Sequence record: MT774386.1
Strand: one strand, 5' to 3'
Length of the DNA: 40,000 bases
Source: an uncultured phage cr110_1
The notes beneath the pieces were generated by a model. That model did no database searches. It worked only from the letters and a program-made list of their open reading frames with translations, and was not told the DNA's origin. This document shows, in pieces, positions 8,930 to 18,559 of this stretch. Position numbers and translations under genes: made by a program. Each line of letters begins with the position of its first letter. Within the stretch, counting starts at the first letter, position 1.

Positions 8930-10261
8930 ATGCTTACATTAGATTTTGGTTTTAATGCTAATCCTACTGATAGTGGGACTGAACCTGTTACAGATTTAGA
9001 TACTGGCGTTACTGGTACTGTTGGTTCTGATGGAAATATTATTCCTCCCATTGATGAGCCGAATAATGACGGTCAAGATAACAACGGTAAAACCGATGGT
9101 GATGGTAAAAAAGATGATGTTAATAATCCTGTCGCTAATGCAGATGATAAAGATGGTAACGATGACGGAAATAAAGATGATGGTAATGATTTAGCTGTTG
9201 AACCTGGTTCTGTTGTTACTATTGGAGAAGATACTTATACTGTTGACGCTGAGGGAAATCTTGTTGATAAAAATAATAAAGTTTTCAAAGAAGCTAAAGA
9301 TGTTAAAGACTTTCTTAAACAGTTTGAAGTTGACGATGCTGATAATACAGAAAATGTAATTGATGTTGCTAAGATTATTGAGAAAGTTGGTTTTGAAGTT
9401 ACCGACGAAAATGATAAACCTATTACTTTTGAAAATACTCCCGATGGAGTTGCTTCATATATTAATGAAATTCTTGATGCTAAACGTACCGAATATGCTC
9501 AAGCTGGTGTTCAGCAACTTATTGATAAGTTTCCTATTGTAAGTGATTTCCTTAATTATTATGTTGCTAACGGAAATAGTTATGAGGGATTCGGTCAAGT
9601 TCGAGATAGAAGTACAATTACTATTGACGAAAATAATACTGCACAACAAGAAGCGATAGTTCGCGAAGCCTTTAAAGAAAGTGGCAAGGTCGGAAGCATT
9701 GATGATTATATTTCTTTCCTTAAGAGTACTAATCGTCTTTTAGATGCTGCTAAACAAGACCTTGCTACTCTTCAAGAAAACGATAAGAGAGTTAAAGCTG
9801 AACAAGCCGAAGCTGCTCAACGTAAGATTGAAGAAGATAAAAAAGCTGAGATTGCTTATTGGGGTAAAGTTAAATCTGCTATTGATAAGAAAGAGATTGC
9901 TGGTTATAAAATTCCTGAAACTATTCTTATTAATAAAAACGGTAAACAAAGTGCTGCAACCGCTGATGATTTCTTTAATTATCTATATCAAGTAGATGAT
10001 AAAGGATATAGCCGTTATGAAAGAGAATTAATGGAAACTCCGGAAGAAGAACAACTTCAAAATGATTTGCTTCGTGCTTATCTTAAATTTACTGGCGGAA
10101 ATTATAGTAATCTTGTAGACCTTGCGATTGCATCTGAAAAGACTAAAACGCTTCGTCTTAAAGCTGCTGAACAAAGACGTAAAAGTTCTATTAAAATTAC
10201 TAAACCTGCCGCAAACAAGAAAATTGGCGATAATATTGCTGATGTTCTTGGTTATGTATAA
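8930..10261 (+). CDS. Probable scaffold / capsid assembly protein
   Basis: 443 aa; very acidic D/N/G-rich N-terminus followed by helical K/E/Q-rich region, immediately upstream of the major capsid gene. Confidence 0.5.
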   Translation: MLTLDFGFNANPTDSGTEPVTDLDTGVTGTVGSDGNIIPPIDEPNNDGQDNNGKTDGDGKKDDVNNPVANADDKDGNDDGNKDDGNDLAVEPGSVVTIGEDTYTVDAEGNLVDKNNKVFKEAKDVKDFLKQFEVDDADNTENVIDVAKIIEKVGFEVTDENDKPITFENTPDGVASYINEILDAKRTEYAQAGVQQLIDKFPIVSDFLNYYVANGNSYEGFGQVRDRSTITIDENNTAQQEAIVREAFKESGKVGSIDDYISFLKSTNRLLDAAKQDLATLQENDKRVKAEQAEAAQRKIEEDKKAEIAYWGKVKSAIDKKEIAGYKIPETILINKNGKQSAATADDFFNYLYQVDDKGYSRYERELMETPEEEQLQNDLLRAYLKFTGGNYSNLVDLAIASEKTKTLRLKAAEQRRKSSIKITKPAANKKIGDNIADVLGYV

Positions 10262-10281
10262 CTTAATTAAAACTGTTGATT

Positions 10282-11754
10282 ATGTACACAATGCGAGTTT
10301 TGTCAACGGGTCGTTATGATGATAGAGGTTACTCTAATGAAGAAAGTATTGCTAATCTTCAACTCACTAAACCTGTTGAAATTAATGCGTTTCTGACTTA
10401 CAACTATGGTATGGATGACGACCGTTTTCCTCTTACCTTTATGACTGAGGGTCAAGGTAGCCGCGGTGTTAAGTCTGTTAAAACTGTTCAGTGGACTTGG
10501 AAGACTATGGGTCGTATGAAGTTTACTGATTATGTAACTTATTTCAATATTGCTAATACTAAGCCTGGTCTTGGTGGTGCAGAATTTGAAGTTCATTTTG
10601 CTACTCATTGGTTTATCGAACAATATGGTTTGATTTGTCCAGATGGTACTCTGCTTCGTATTCAGAAAGATTTAGGCGAAAGTGCTTACGGTTATGCTTA
10701 TTTGCTTGCTCCAGTTAATGCTTCTCCTACTGCTTTCGTTGACCCGAAAAACTTTGCTAAAGGAACTTATTTGAGCATGTCTGCTCCTACTGTTTCTGAA
10801 TCTTATTCTAAAGGTAATAGAAGTAATACTATGGGGCCTGGTTCTATGACTTCTCAACTTGAGTTTTTCCGTTATAGTAAAGAGGTTGCCGGTAATATTT
10901 CTAATGTTGTTACTGAATATGAATTTCAGCAAGGTAATGGCGGTGGCACTACTCGTCTTTGGATTTCAGAAGAAATGCGCCAATTCAATTTGACAATGCG
11001 CGTAATGAACGAAGAACGTCTGTGGTTGTCTACTTATAATAGACTTCCTGATGGTACTATTCGTTTGAAAGATAGTGATAATGGTAAACCGATTCCTCGT
11101 ACTGCTGGTATGTTGGAAATTTGTCGTGAAAGTAACTACGATACTTATGGTGAATATCTTACTCTTAACAAACTCGAAAGAACTGTTGGTGATGTTCTGA
11201 ACAAAGATACTGATGATGGTACAATGAATATTGTGCTTATGGGAGGTAAAGGATTTATTCAAGACTTCCAATATGCTATCGAGAATGATGCTATGAGTAA
11301 AGGTTTCATTACTCCTCTTGGTGAAAAGAAGATTATGGATAATGGTAACGGTCTTGCTTATGGTAAGTATTTCAATAAATATACTACTGTTGACGGACAT
11401 ACTATTACTGTTAAACATTGCTCATTCTTCGATAAAGGCACTATTGCCGAAGCTGCAAAACAGAATGGTCAAATCCATCCTCGTAGCGGTCTACCTATTA
11501 CTTCTCATCAGGCTTGCTTTATTGACTTCTCTTCTTATAAAGGCGAAAATAACGTTCGTATTGTTCGTCAAGAGGGACAAGAATATATTGCTAAAGTTAT
11601 TGAGGGTATGACACCGATACCTAAAGAATGGGGTGTTTCTACTACTAATCGTGCTTCTACCGAAATTGATATGTCTCGTTATGAGATTAAGGGAAGTATG
11701 GGTCTGCAAGTAAACAATACTACGAAGATGTTCTTGCTGAAATGCGTATTGTAA
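10282..11754 (+). CDS. Major capsid protein (crAss-like)
   Basis: 490 aa from ATG 10282 (MYTMRVLSTGRYDDRG...); length, position and sequence such as VKTVQWTWKTMGRMKFTDYVTYF fit crAss-like MCP. The track start 10276 is a TTG. Confidence 0.85.
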   Translation: MYTMRVLSTGRYDDRGYSNEESIANLQLTKPVEINAFLTYNYGMDDDRFPLTFMTEGQGSRGVKSVKTVQWTWKTMGRMKFTDYVTYFNIANTKPGLGGAEFEVHFATHWFIEQYGLICPDGTLLRIQKDLGESAYGYAYLLAPVNASPTAFVDPKNFAKGTYLSMSAPTVSESYSKGNRSNTMGPGSMTSQLEFFRYSKEVAGNISNVVTEYEFQQGNGGGTTRLWISEEMRQFNLTMRVMNEERLWLSTYNRLPDGTIRLKDSDNGKPIPRTAGMLEICRESNYDTYGEYLTLNKLERTVGDVLNKDTDDGTMNIVLMGGKGFIQDFQYAIENDAMSKGFITPLGEKKIMDNGNGLAYGKYFNKYTTVDGHTITVKHCSFFDKGTIAEAAKQNGQIHPRSGLPITSHQACFIDFSSYKGENNVRIVRQEGQEYIAKVIEGMTPIPKEWGVSTTNRASTEIDMSRYEIKGSMGLQVNNTTKMFLLKCVL

Positions 11755-11777
11755 TAACTAATTAAATTAAAAAGATT

Positions 11778-12917
11778 ATGCCTACAATTGGAACTGCTGC
11801 TGCTGAAAATAAAGAACAGGAAATTAATAAACTTGCCGCTGCTGTTGAAACAGCTAATAACCAAAATGGAGAAACTTCTCAAACTCTTAGAGAAAAAAGA
11901 GATGAGGATTTAAATGAACCTTATTTTGAAGATAAATATATCGTTATTGCTTTGGTTTCTTCTTTCTCTCTTTACCGTAAAGCTAACGATAAATCTCTTG
12001 AAGAACGGAATGAATTTATTGGTAGTTCTGTTCGTAGTTCAAGAACTCTTGCTTCTAATAAAGGTGAAGTTGAAGCTTATTTTCCTAATCTGATTGGTGT
12101 TTCTCCTACTAACGAAAACTTCGTTAGACGTGTTAAGGAATATCTTAATAACATTCAGGTAAAAGTTGATAAACTTGGTAAGAGACTTAATATTAGTTTC
12201 CATTATCATCATGTTAAAGACTATTACAGATTTAAAAATGCAGAAGAAGCTATTGATGCTGAATTTGCTGCCGTAAATCGTGGTGATAGTACTGCTCTTG
12301 ACAAAGCAATTGAAAATCGAATTATTAAACTTAATGCTCTTGAATCAGAAAAATATAGATACGGTTATCCAGATAATGTAGCTGATTATCTTCTTTATCG
12401 TCATTGTTTGTTATATAGTGATGTTGCTAAAGATACTGCAATCATTAATAACAAACCTAATATTAGATTCTATTTTAGAGACGAACAGAAAGAGAAAGAA
12501 CTTGAAGCTAAGAAACGTCTTGAAGTTAATAATGCTAAACGTAACTTCGTTAATATTACAGCTAATAATAAACTGTTTGACGATGTTTATGCTGCGTATT
12601 GTATATTTACTAATAGACCGCTTATTCCTTCTCTTGCAGAAGATAGAGTTCTTAAGGAAAATAATCTTGATTACTTTGCAAGTCAAGAACCCGCTCGCTT
12701 TAACAAAATGTGTACGGATAGAGATATAAGTCTTAAAGCTATGATTGAAAAACTTATAGCTTATGGTATTCTTATTCGCCATCCTCATTCACAAAATATT
12801 GTTAGCGGTGCTGGTGATTTTATTGGCGCTAATATGAAAGAGGCTCTTGCTTGGTTTAAAAATCCTGATAATGGCGATATGCGTACAGCTTACGAAAACC
12901 AATTAAAACTTGCTTAA
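11778..12917 (+). CDS. Conserved virion-associated hypothetical protein
   Basis: 379 aa directly downstream of MCP in the structural operon. Confidence 0.6.
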   Translation: MPTIGTAAAENKEQEINKLAAAVETANNQNGETSQTLREKRDEDLNEPYFEDKYIVIALVSSFSLYRKANDKSLEERNEFIGSSVRSSRTLASNKGEVEAYFPNLIGVSPTNENFVRRVKEYLNNIQVKVDKLGKRLNISFHYHHVKDYYRFKNAEEAIDAEFAAVNRGDSTALDKAIENRIIKLNALESEKYRYGYPDNVADYLLYRHCLLYSDVAKDTAIINNKPNIRFYFRDEQKEKELEAKKRLEVNNAKRNFVNITANNKLFDDVYAAYCIFTNRPLIPSLAEDRVLKENNLDYFASQEPARFNKMCTDRDISLKAMIEKLIAYGILIRHPHSQNIVSGAGDFIGANMKEALAWFKNPDNGDMRTAYENQLKLA

Positions 12918-12921
12918 AGTT

Positions 12922-13605
12922 ATGGATATAGTACAGATGCACATCACGTTCAGAGAGCTGGCTCAAAGAATGGGTTTGCAGACTGCTCGTGCTATTTATA
13001 ATGAAGACATTGATATATGTCTTAATCATGCTATCATGGCTAAAACTCGTAGTATTATTTCGCAAAATGCTCAAACTGCTAATGATTATATAATTAAAGC
13101 AAATGCTGATATTAGTCAACTTAATGCTCTGCGAAATCTTGCTACGAAAGGTGAAATATCTGGTTCATCCCTTACGGGGGGTGGAACTGATATTGACCCA
13201 TATACGGCTGATGTTACTAATGCTAATGTTATGCTTTATACTCATTTTGCTGTTAGCTATGATGACAAAACTCTTGACGATTGTCGTATAATCGAAGCTG
13301 AATATCTTCAAAGAACTCTTCGAGATTATTGTAATCGTGCTACGAAACGTTATCCTATTTGCGTTTCTATTGTAAAAGATGGCAAACATTCTATCGAAAT
13401 TTATAACGGTAATAGTAATAGTAAACCTACAAAGGTTGTTTATAATTATATTAAACTTCCTGCTGTTGTTAAATATGATGAGCAAATAATAGAAAATAGA
13501 GTTAATTGCGATTTGCCTGATTATTTACACATGGAAATAGTTGAACTTGCTATTGCTTATTTTAGAGATAGTTTTGCTATGCCTAACGAACCAAAAATAA
13601 ATTAA
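12922..13605 (+). CDS. Probable structural/connector protein
   Basis: MDIVQMHITFRELAQRMGLQTARAIYNEDIDICLNHAI...; position after MCP; ATG 12922 preferred to upstream TTG 12910. Confidence 0.5.
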   Translation: MDIVQMHITFRELAQRMGLQTARAIYNEDIDICLNHAIMAKTRSIISQNAQTANDYIIKANADISQLNALRNLATKGEISGSSLTGGGTDIDPYTADVTNANVMLYTHFAVSYDDKTLDDCRIIEAEYLQRTLRDYCNRATKRYPICVSIVKDGKHSIEIYNGNSNSKPTKVVYNYIKLPAVVKYDEQIIENRVNCDLPDYLHMEIVELAIAYFRDSFAMPNEPKIN

Positions 13606-13620
13606 TAAAATTATAAAGCT

Positions 13621-14490
13621 ATGAGAACTTTTCTTTTAGGTTCTAAGTCAGATTTAGGTACTGATATTACAGCTCTTACTGCTGGTCAGTTAGCCTTTTC
13701 CGCTTTAGTTAATGGTCAACATACTGTTGATTCCGATGGTACTAAAATTAAGGATAAAGGCTATATCTTTTTTGGAAAAGAAGATGCTAAAGGCGGCAAT
13801 GTAATTGTTCCTATTTATAAGAACAAGTTTAGTTTTACCAAAATGGTATATCAAGCTGCTGATGCTTATACAGGTAATTTTACAATTCCTGCTCCTACTG
13901 TTGGTGATGACTTAACTGTTGTAGTAGTTAAGAAAGGTGTTCAGTTTAATGAACGTAATAAGTGGACTGCTACTATGCGCGTTAAAGACGGTCAAGATGC
14001 TTCTGCTTGTGCTAAAGAATTAGCTGAACAACTTAATAATAATCCTGCTTCCGGTGTTAAAGCTGTTGCCGCAGCTGATAAGATTACTATTACTGCTGTA
14101 AATAAAGGCGAAGATTATAAGATTGCTCTTGGTGATGATTTATTTGGTGTAGCAGTTGAAGAAACTCCTGCGGTTACTCCGCTTGCGGATGCCAACTATA
14201 TTAAAGATTTGGCTATGAAAGCTGCCGCCGATGCTGGTATTGAATATACTTATCAAGAGCCTGCGAATCTTATTTATCCTGGTTATCCACTTAATCCTCT
14301 TGCACAGCCCGATAGTGCCGATGCAGGTTATACCGTATTTACGCTTAAATTTGCTGAGCCACGGGAAATGAAAACTGTTGACCAAAGTATTAATCAGATT
14401 GTTCAAATTGCTCTGCCTACGGATGTTGCCGCAATTGCTAAAGTTGAAACTATACTTAACGCTATTGCCGGTGTGGCTCAATTGAGTTAA
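13621..14490 (+). CDS. Structural protein (possible auxiliary capsid or tail-tube-like)
   Basis: 289-aa beta-rich ORF in the structural block; specific role not resolvable by eye. Confidence 0.5.
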   Translation: MRTFLLGSKSDLGTDITALTAGQLAFSALVNGQHTVDSDGTKIKDKGYIFFGKEDAKGGNVIVPIYKNKFSFTKMVYQAADAYTGNFTIPAPTVGDDLTVVVVKKGVQFNERNKWTATMRVKDGQDASACAKELAEQLNNNPASGVKAVAAADKITITAVNKGEDYKIALGDDLFGVAVEETPAVTPLADANYIKDLAMKAAADAGIEYTYQEPANLIYPGYPLNPLAQPDSADAGYTVFTLKFAEPREMKTVDQSINQIVQIALPTDVAAIAKVETILNAIAGVAQLS

Positions 14491-14514
14491 TAAACATATC
14501 TGTATAATATGGAG

Positions 14515-14564
14515 AGCCACTATTACTGTATTAGATTACGGTGATAGTGGCTTTCGTCGTTTTG
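14515..14564 (+). terminator. Terminator-like hairpin
   Basis: AGCCACTATTAC...GTGATAGTGGCT (12-bp stem with one G-U), loop TGTATTAGATTACG, then TTCGTCGTTTT (imperfect U tract). Confidence 0.55.
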
Positions 14565-14570
14565 GCTGTA

Positions 14571-15197
14571 ATGGAAGAATTTAAAGTTTTTAATAGTGTA
14601 ATTGAAAATACTGTTCGTAATACTTCTTATATTACTGTAATTATTTCGAGTGTAGTATTTATTAGTTATACTGTTATTATAAAGTTGATAGACTATTTTA
14701 GACATAAAGATGATAAAAAATCTCTTGTCGAGATGGGTCTTGCTGTTAAAGAGGTTAGCGATAATGTTGCAAAACTAAATGCTATTCTTGATAATCTTTT
14801 TCAAGATATTACTAAAAAGAATTTAGAAAAAGGTAAAATTATTATTGAACTTGCATTTTTTAATTTTCAATATAAAATTGTTAATCTTTGTCGTAATATT
14901 ATTATCAATAACAATATTGATATTAATAAAGAATTTATTATAGCAAATATAACTAAGACTGTTAATACAGAATTTTATCGTGCTTATCATACTCTTTCAT
15001 TATACGAAGTTGGTAATACTCCTCTTAGTGAGTTTCTTAAAGATAGTTGGAAAGACGATTGCATTAAAGATGTTCTTGCTATAATATATAACGGTCAAGA
15101 AGATAAACTTCGTATTTCGCAAATTAATAGTAATCTTAGTATTAAAATTGATGATTGGATAGTTTATATAAATAATAAATATACCGAATATGAGTAA
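14571..15197 (+). CDS. Membrane protein, hypothetical
   Basis: MEEFKVFNSVIENTVRNTSYITVIISSVVFISYTVIIKLIDYF...; ATG 14571 preferred because the track start (GTG 14541) lies inside the hairpin. Confidence 0.6.
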   Translation: MEEFKVFNSVIENTVRNTSYITVIISSVVFISYTVIIKLIDYFRHKDDKKSLVEMGLAVKEVSDNVAKLNAILDNLFQDITKKNLEKGKIIIELAFFNFQYKIVNLCRNIIINNNIDINKEFIIANITKTVNTEFYRAYHTLSLYEVGNTPLSEFLKDSWKDDCIKDVLAIIYNGQEDKLRISQINSNLSIKIDDWIVYINNKYTEYE

Positions 15198-15435
15198 CGA
15201 TAAAAGGCTCGAACGTATCAGTAATAAACTTCGTAATAATATTAACAATGTTGTTTGTAAAGATGTAGATAAGATAAATCTTGGATTTGTTTCTGCCAAT
15301 CTTTTTGGTAGTTCTTATTTTTATGATGTTATACGTAGTTGTATTGATTACGATATTCTTCTTACCGATAAAGAGAAAGAAAAAATTGATGTAATATTTA
15401 ATACTTCTGAATATGGAAGATACTGTTTTACATGA
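15190..15435 (+). CDS. Hypothetical protein
   Basis: 81-aa ORF overlapping flanking genes by a few bases at each end, typical of translational coupling. Confidence 0.6.
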   Translation: MSNDKRLERISNKLRNNINNVVCKDVDKINLGFVSANLFGSSYFYDVIRSCIDYDILLTDKEKEKIDVIFNTSEYGRYCFT

Positions 15436-18400
15436 TATAAAAGTTCCTATTGATTGGGTTTGTACTTATAGACAAATCCAATCTTTGCTTATAGATTATG
15501 GAGTATCTGCTATTGCTGGTTGTGATAATGTTTGTAATAACAAAAATAAAGACATTATTCAACTTTGGAACCTTTTTAAAAATGCTGTTTATGTCTATTA
15601 TCGAGAAGATGTCGATAAAGCAAATCGTATATATGACTTTGTAGTTCGTGGACTTAAAAAGTATACCGATGTTAATGTTGGTACTTCTACTATTCATGTT
15701 GAAGATAGCGAAGTTGAAGTTACTTGTACTGGCGATGATTATAAATTTGCTGATACCAAAACAAGTTATAATTTTCAAGCCAATGATGAAAGCCAATTAG
15801 ATATTCAAGATGACGGTCTTGGGCAAACTCTTTATTTTAATATTAAATCTCAGAAGATTGTTGCTATTGGAACTAAGGAAGAGATTTTTAGTATTGGATA
15901 TGATTTTGTTCTTAATAATCCTGAAGATGCTACTTGGCTTGGTTATACCAGCGCAAATAATACTCTTATTATTCGTGAAAATAAATCTAAACTTCGTGTT
16001 GCTAAATTTAAGTTAGTTCAATATGAAAGTGGCAATATTCTTGAGGGTAAAGTTACTCAAGATGTAAACGATTATACTTATCGTTATACTATCAATGTTG
16101 AGCCTACTTCTATTGAAATACCTGCTGAGGGTGGTACTAAAGTTTTTACAGTTGAATCTTATAAAGAACTTGTAGATAGCGACGGTTCTGTAATCGGAGA
16201 TAAGATTAATGTTCCATACAATGCTTATTCTTCAAGTATTTATTTTAAAGTCAACGGTAATCAAGTAAGTGCCGAAGCTAATACTGAAGAAATTCGTTCT
16301 GCTGCTATTATTATTGAGCGTGACGAAGTTGGTGTTTCTGGAAATAAGAAAATTGATTTATATCAAGATAGTCTTAATAAAGAAATTCGATATAGACTTG
16401 TTGCTACTGTTGATACTAATACTATTGATTCCGACGGAACCAATCCTGTTACTTTAACTGTTGAGTCTTATAAAGAAACTTATGTTAATGGAGTTTCTCA
16501 AGGAGATAGAACTGATATTCCTTATACAGCTATTTCTGATAAAGGGCTTCTTAAAAATAATACTTCTGATAAAACGAAATGGTATATGTCTGCTAATGAT
16601 ACTACTAATGTTCGTACAGATAGTATTATTGTTAGACAAATGGAAAGTAATAAGTCTGAAATCATAGATATTAGACAAAATCCTGCTCAAGAAGAAATTA
16701 GTTATGTATTTAGTGTTGACCAAGAAAGTCTAACTCCGCCTTCTACTGGACAGAATGTTATTCTTAATATTCAGTCTTATAAGCAATATTATATTAATGG
16801 TAAACCTACAACTAAAACTCCTATTGGCTATACTGGTGCTGTTGTTACTGGTAATGATTTTATAACTATTCAAGAGGGTTTGCCAAATAGTATTACCGTT
16901 GCTCCTAATAGTGGAGAAAGCGAAAGAAGTGGTAAAATTCTTTATACTCAACAAGATAATTCTGGCAAGACACTTGAAGTTAGAATTAATCAAACTGGTG
17001 CTTCTATTACTTATACTTATCATTTGAGTATTGGCGAAAATGAAGTTTCTCTTATTAATACCGCTGATAGTAAAACTATATCTGTTGAGTCTTATCGACA
17101 GAAATATGTCAATGGTAGTCCAGAGGGCGAAAGAGAGAATGTTGATTATTATCTTTCTCAAACAAGTGGTAATGCTAATGAAAGTCAATATGGTGGAGTT
17201 ACTGCAAGTCCTCAAGGTGAATATATTTATATTACTTCTGAACTTAATCAAACTAACAAAACTGTATCTATTCAATATGATGTTATTCAAACTCAAAGTT
17301 CCGGAACTCCTAATGTAGAAAAACTTACTATTACTAAAGCTGCTTCTACTGTTGAAGACCAATATTTTATTGAAGCCCAAAGTACTTGGATTGATGTTGT
17401 TGCTTATCCTAACGGAGCTTATTCTTATTTTAATATAAGGCGTGCTGAAAAGCGACATGTTATTAATGGTAGTGTTACTTCTGTCGAAGATAATCTTCAT
17501 TGGGAACCAAGTTCTGATAGTGATTGGCTTCATGTTGGTAATCAAGATGAAACTTATATTCTTTGTGATGAAAATACTGTTGATTCTTTTAGAACAGGTA
17601 AGATAACTGTTAGACTTGTTGCTTCTAATGATACTAAAGTTGAGATTACTGTTAAACAAGCAAAAGCTACTTTTGGAACTCAAAGAGTTGCTTATCTTCA
17701 ACAGCATACATTTAATCTTTCTCCTAACAATACAAGTGGAGAAACTACTTATAGATTAATGTATGAAGAAATTAGAAATGGTCGTATTGTTAACGAAAGC
17801 GACGAAAGCGACAATTATCAAGGAAATGGTTTATATTGTTATTCTACTACTTCTTGCGGTCAAAGCTGTTCTTATTGGAATTTTACTTCAAATAGTTATA
17901 TGAAAACCGCTGGAGTTTCGTTTTTTGGTACTGGGCTAACGGAAGAACGTTTAGCTGCTACTGGTAATTATCGAACTCAAGACGGTAAATACAAAACATA
18001 TATTAATGCTACTTTTAGCGTTTATGATACCTTAGCTCTTGCAGAATTTAAAACCGCTCGTGCTAATGATTCTATTTATGACTTCTTCTATCATTATATT
18101 CCTAAAGAACTTAAATGTGTTTATACTGATTTAGTTAAAATATTTATTAATGCTCATGGAGATAATTATAAACTTCGTAAAGCTGTTTATAATCTTAATC
18201 TTTTCCAATCTCTTATTGCCGCTTATTTCTTTGAAGATACCAAGAAAATTAAGCTCTTCCTTGATTGTATTATTGCTTTTGCTAATAATTACTTTAAAGA
18301 GAACGATATTCTTTACGAGTATCGTTTGAATGGTATAGAAGAAAACGGTCATGTTTATCTTGATATTCTTCCTTGTCAAGAGAAAACTGATGTTAAGCTT

Positions 18401-18559
18401 GAACTTGATGCCAAAACTGGACATCTTCGTGAGATTGATAAATCTGCTAACAAACAAGCTATTGATTTTGAAATTAAAGATAATAATTTAATCGCTGTTA
18501 ATCATGGATATAGAAGAGAAAGACTTGGGGAAAGCAATAGTAACTGTTGCAAGTCCTGA
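15413..18559 (+). CDS. Large tail-associated protein with tandem BACON/Ig-like repeats
   Basis: 1048 aa; repeated ~103-aa units (…[12 protein letters not shown]…, …[11 protein letters not shown]…, …[11 protein letters not shown]…, …[11 protein letters not shown]…). BACON domains are known in crAssphage. Confidence 0.7.
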   Translation: MEDTVLHDIKVPIDWVCTYRQIQSLLIDYGVSAIAGCDNVCNNKNKDIIQLWNLFKNAVYVYYREDVDKANRIYDFVVRGLKKYTDVNVGTSTIHVEDSEVEVTCTGDDYKFADTKTSYNFQANDESQLDIQDDGLGQTLYFNIKSQKIVAIGTKEEIFSIGYDFVLNNPEDATWLGYTSANNTLIIRENKSKLRVAKFKLVQYESGNILEGKVTQDVNDYTYRYTINVEPTSIEIPAEGGTKVFTVESYKELVDSDGSVIGDKINVPYNAYSSSIYFKVNGNQVSAEANTEEIRSAAIIIERDEVGVSGNKKIDLYQDSLNKEIRYRLVATVDTNTIDSDGTNPVTLTVESYKETYVNGVSQGDRTDIPYTAISDKGLLKNNTSDKTKWYMSANDTTNVRTDSIIVRQMESNKSEIIDIRQNPAQEEISYVFSVDQESLTPPSTGQNVILNIQSYKQYYINGKPTTKTPIGYTGAVVTGNDFITIQEGLPNSITVAPNSGESERSGKILYTQQDNSGKTLEVRINQTGASITYTYHLSIGENEVSLINTADSKTISVESYRQKYVNGSPEGERENVDYYLSQTSGNANESQYGGVTASPQGEYIYITSELNQTNKTVSIQYDVIQTQSSGTPNVEKLTITKAASTVEDQYFIEAQSTWIDVVAYPNGAYSYFNIRRAEKRHVINGSVTSVEDNLHWEPSSDSDWLHVGNQDETYILCDENTVDSFRTGKITVRLVASNDTKVEITVKQAKATFGTQRVAYLQQHTFNLSPNNTSGETTYRLMYEEIRNGRIVNESDESDNYQGNGLYCYSTTSCGQSCSYWNFTSNSYMKTAGVSFFGTGLTEERLAATGNYRTQDGKYKTYINATFSVYDTLALAEFKTARANDSIYDFFYHYIPKELKCVYTDLVKIFINAHGDNYKLRKAVYNLNLFQSLIAAYFFEDTKKIKLFLDCIIAFANNYFKENDILYEYRLNGIEENGHVYLDILPCQEKTDVKLELDAKTGHLREIDKSANKQAIDFEIKDNNLIAVNHGYRRERLGESNSNCCKS
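16075..17690 (+). repeat. Coding tandem repeats (4-5 BACON/Ig-like units)
   Basis: Unit starts near 16075, 16391, 16699, 17008 and 17360, about 310 bp apart, sharing YxxxxS/V..I.VESYK..YVNG. Confidence 0.65.
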
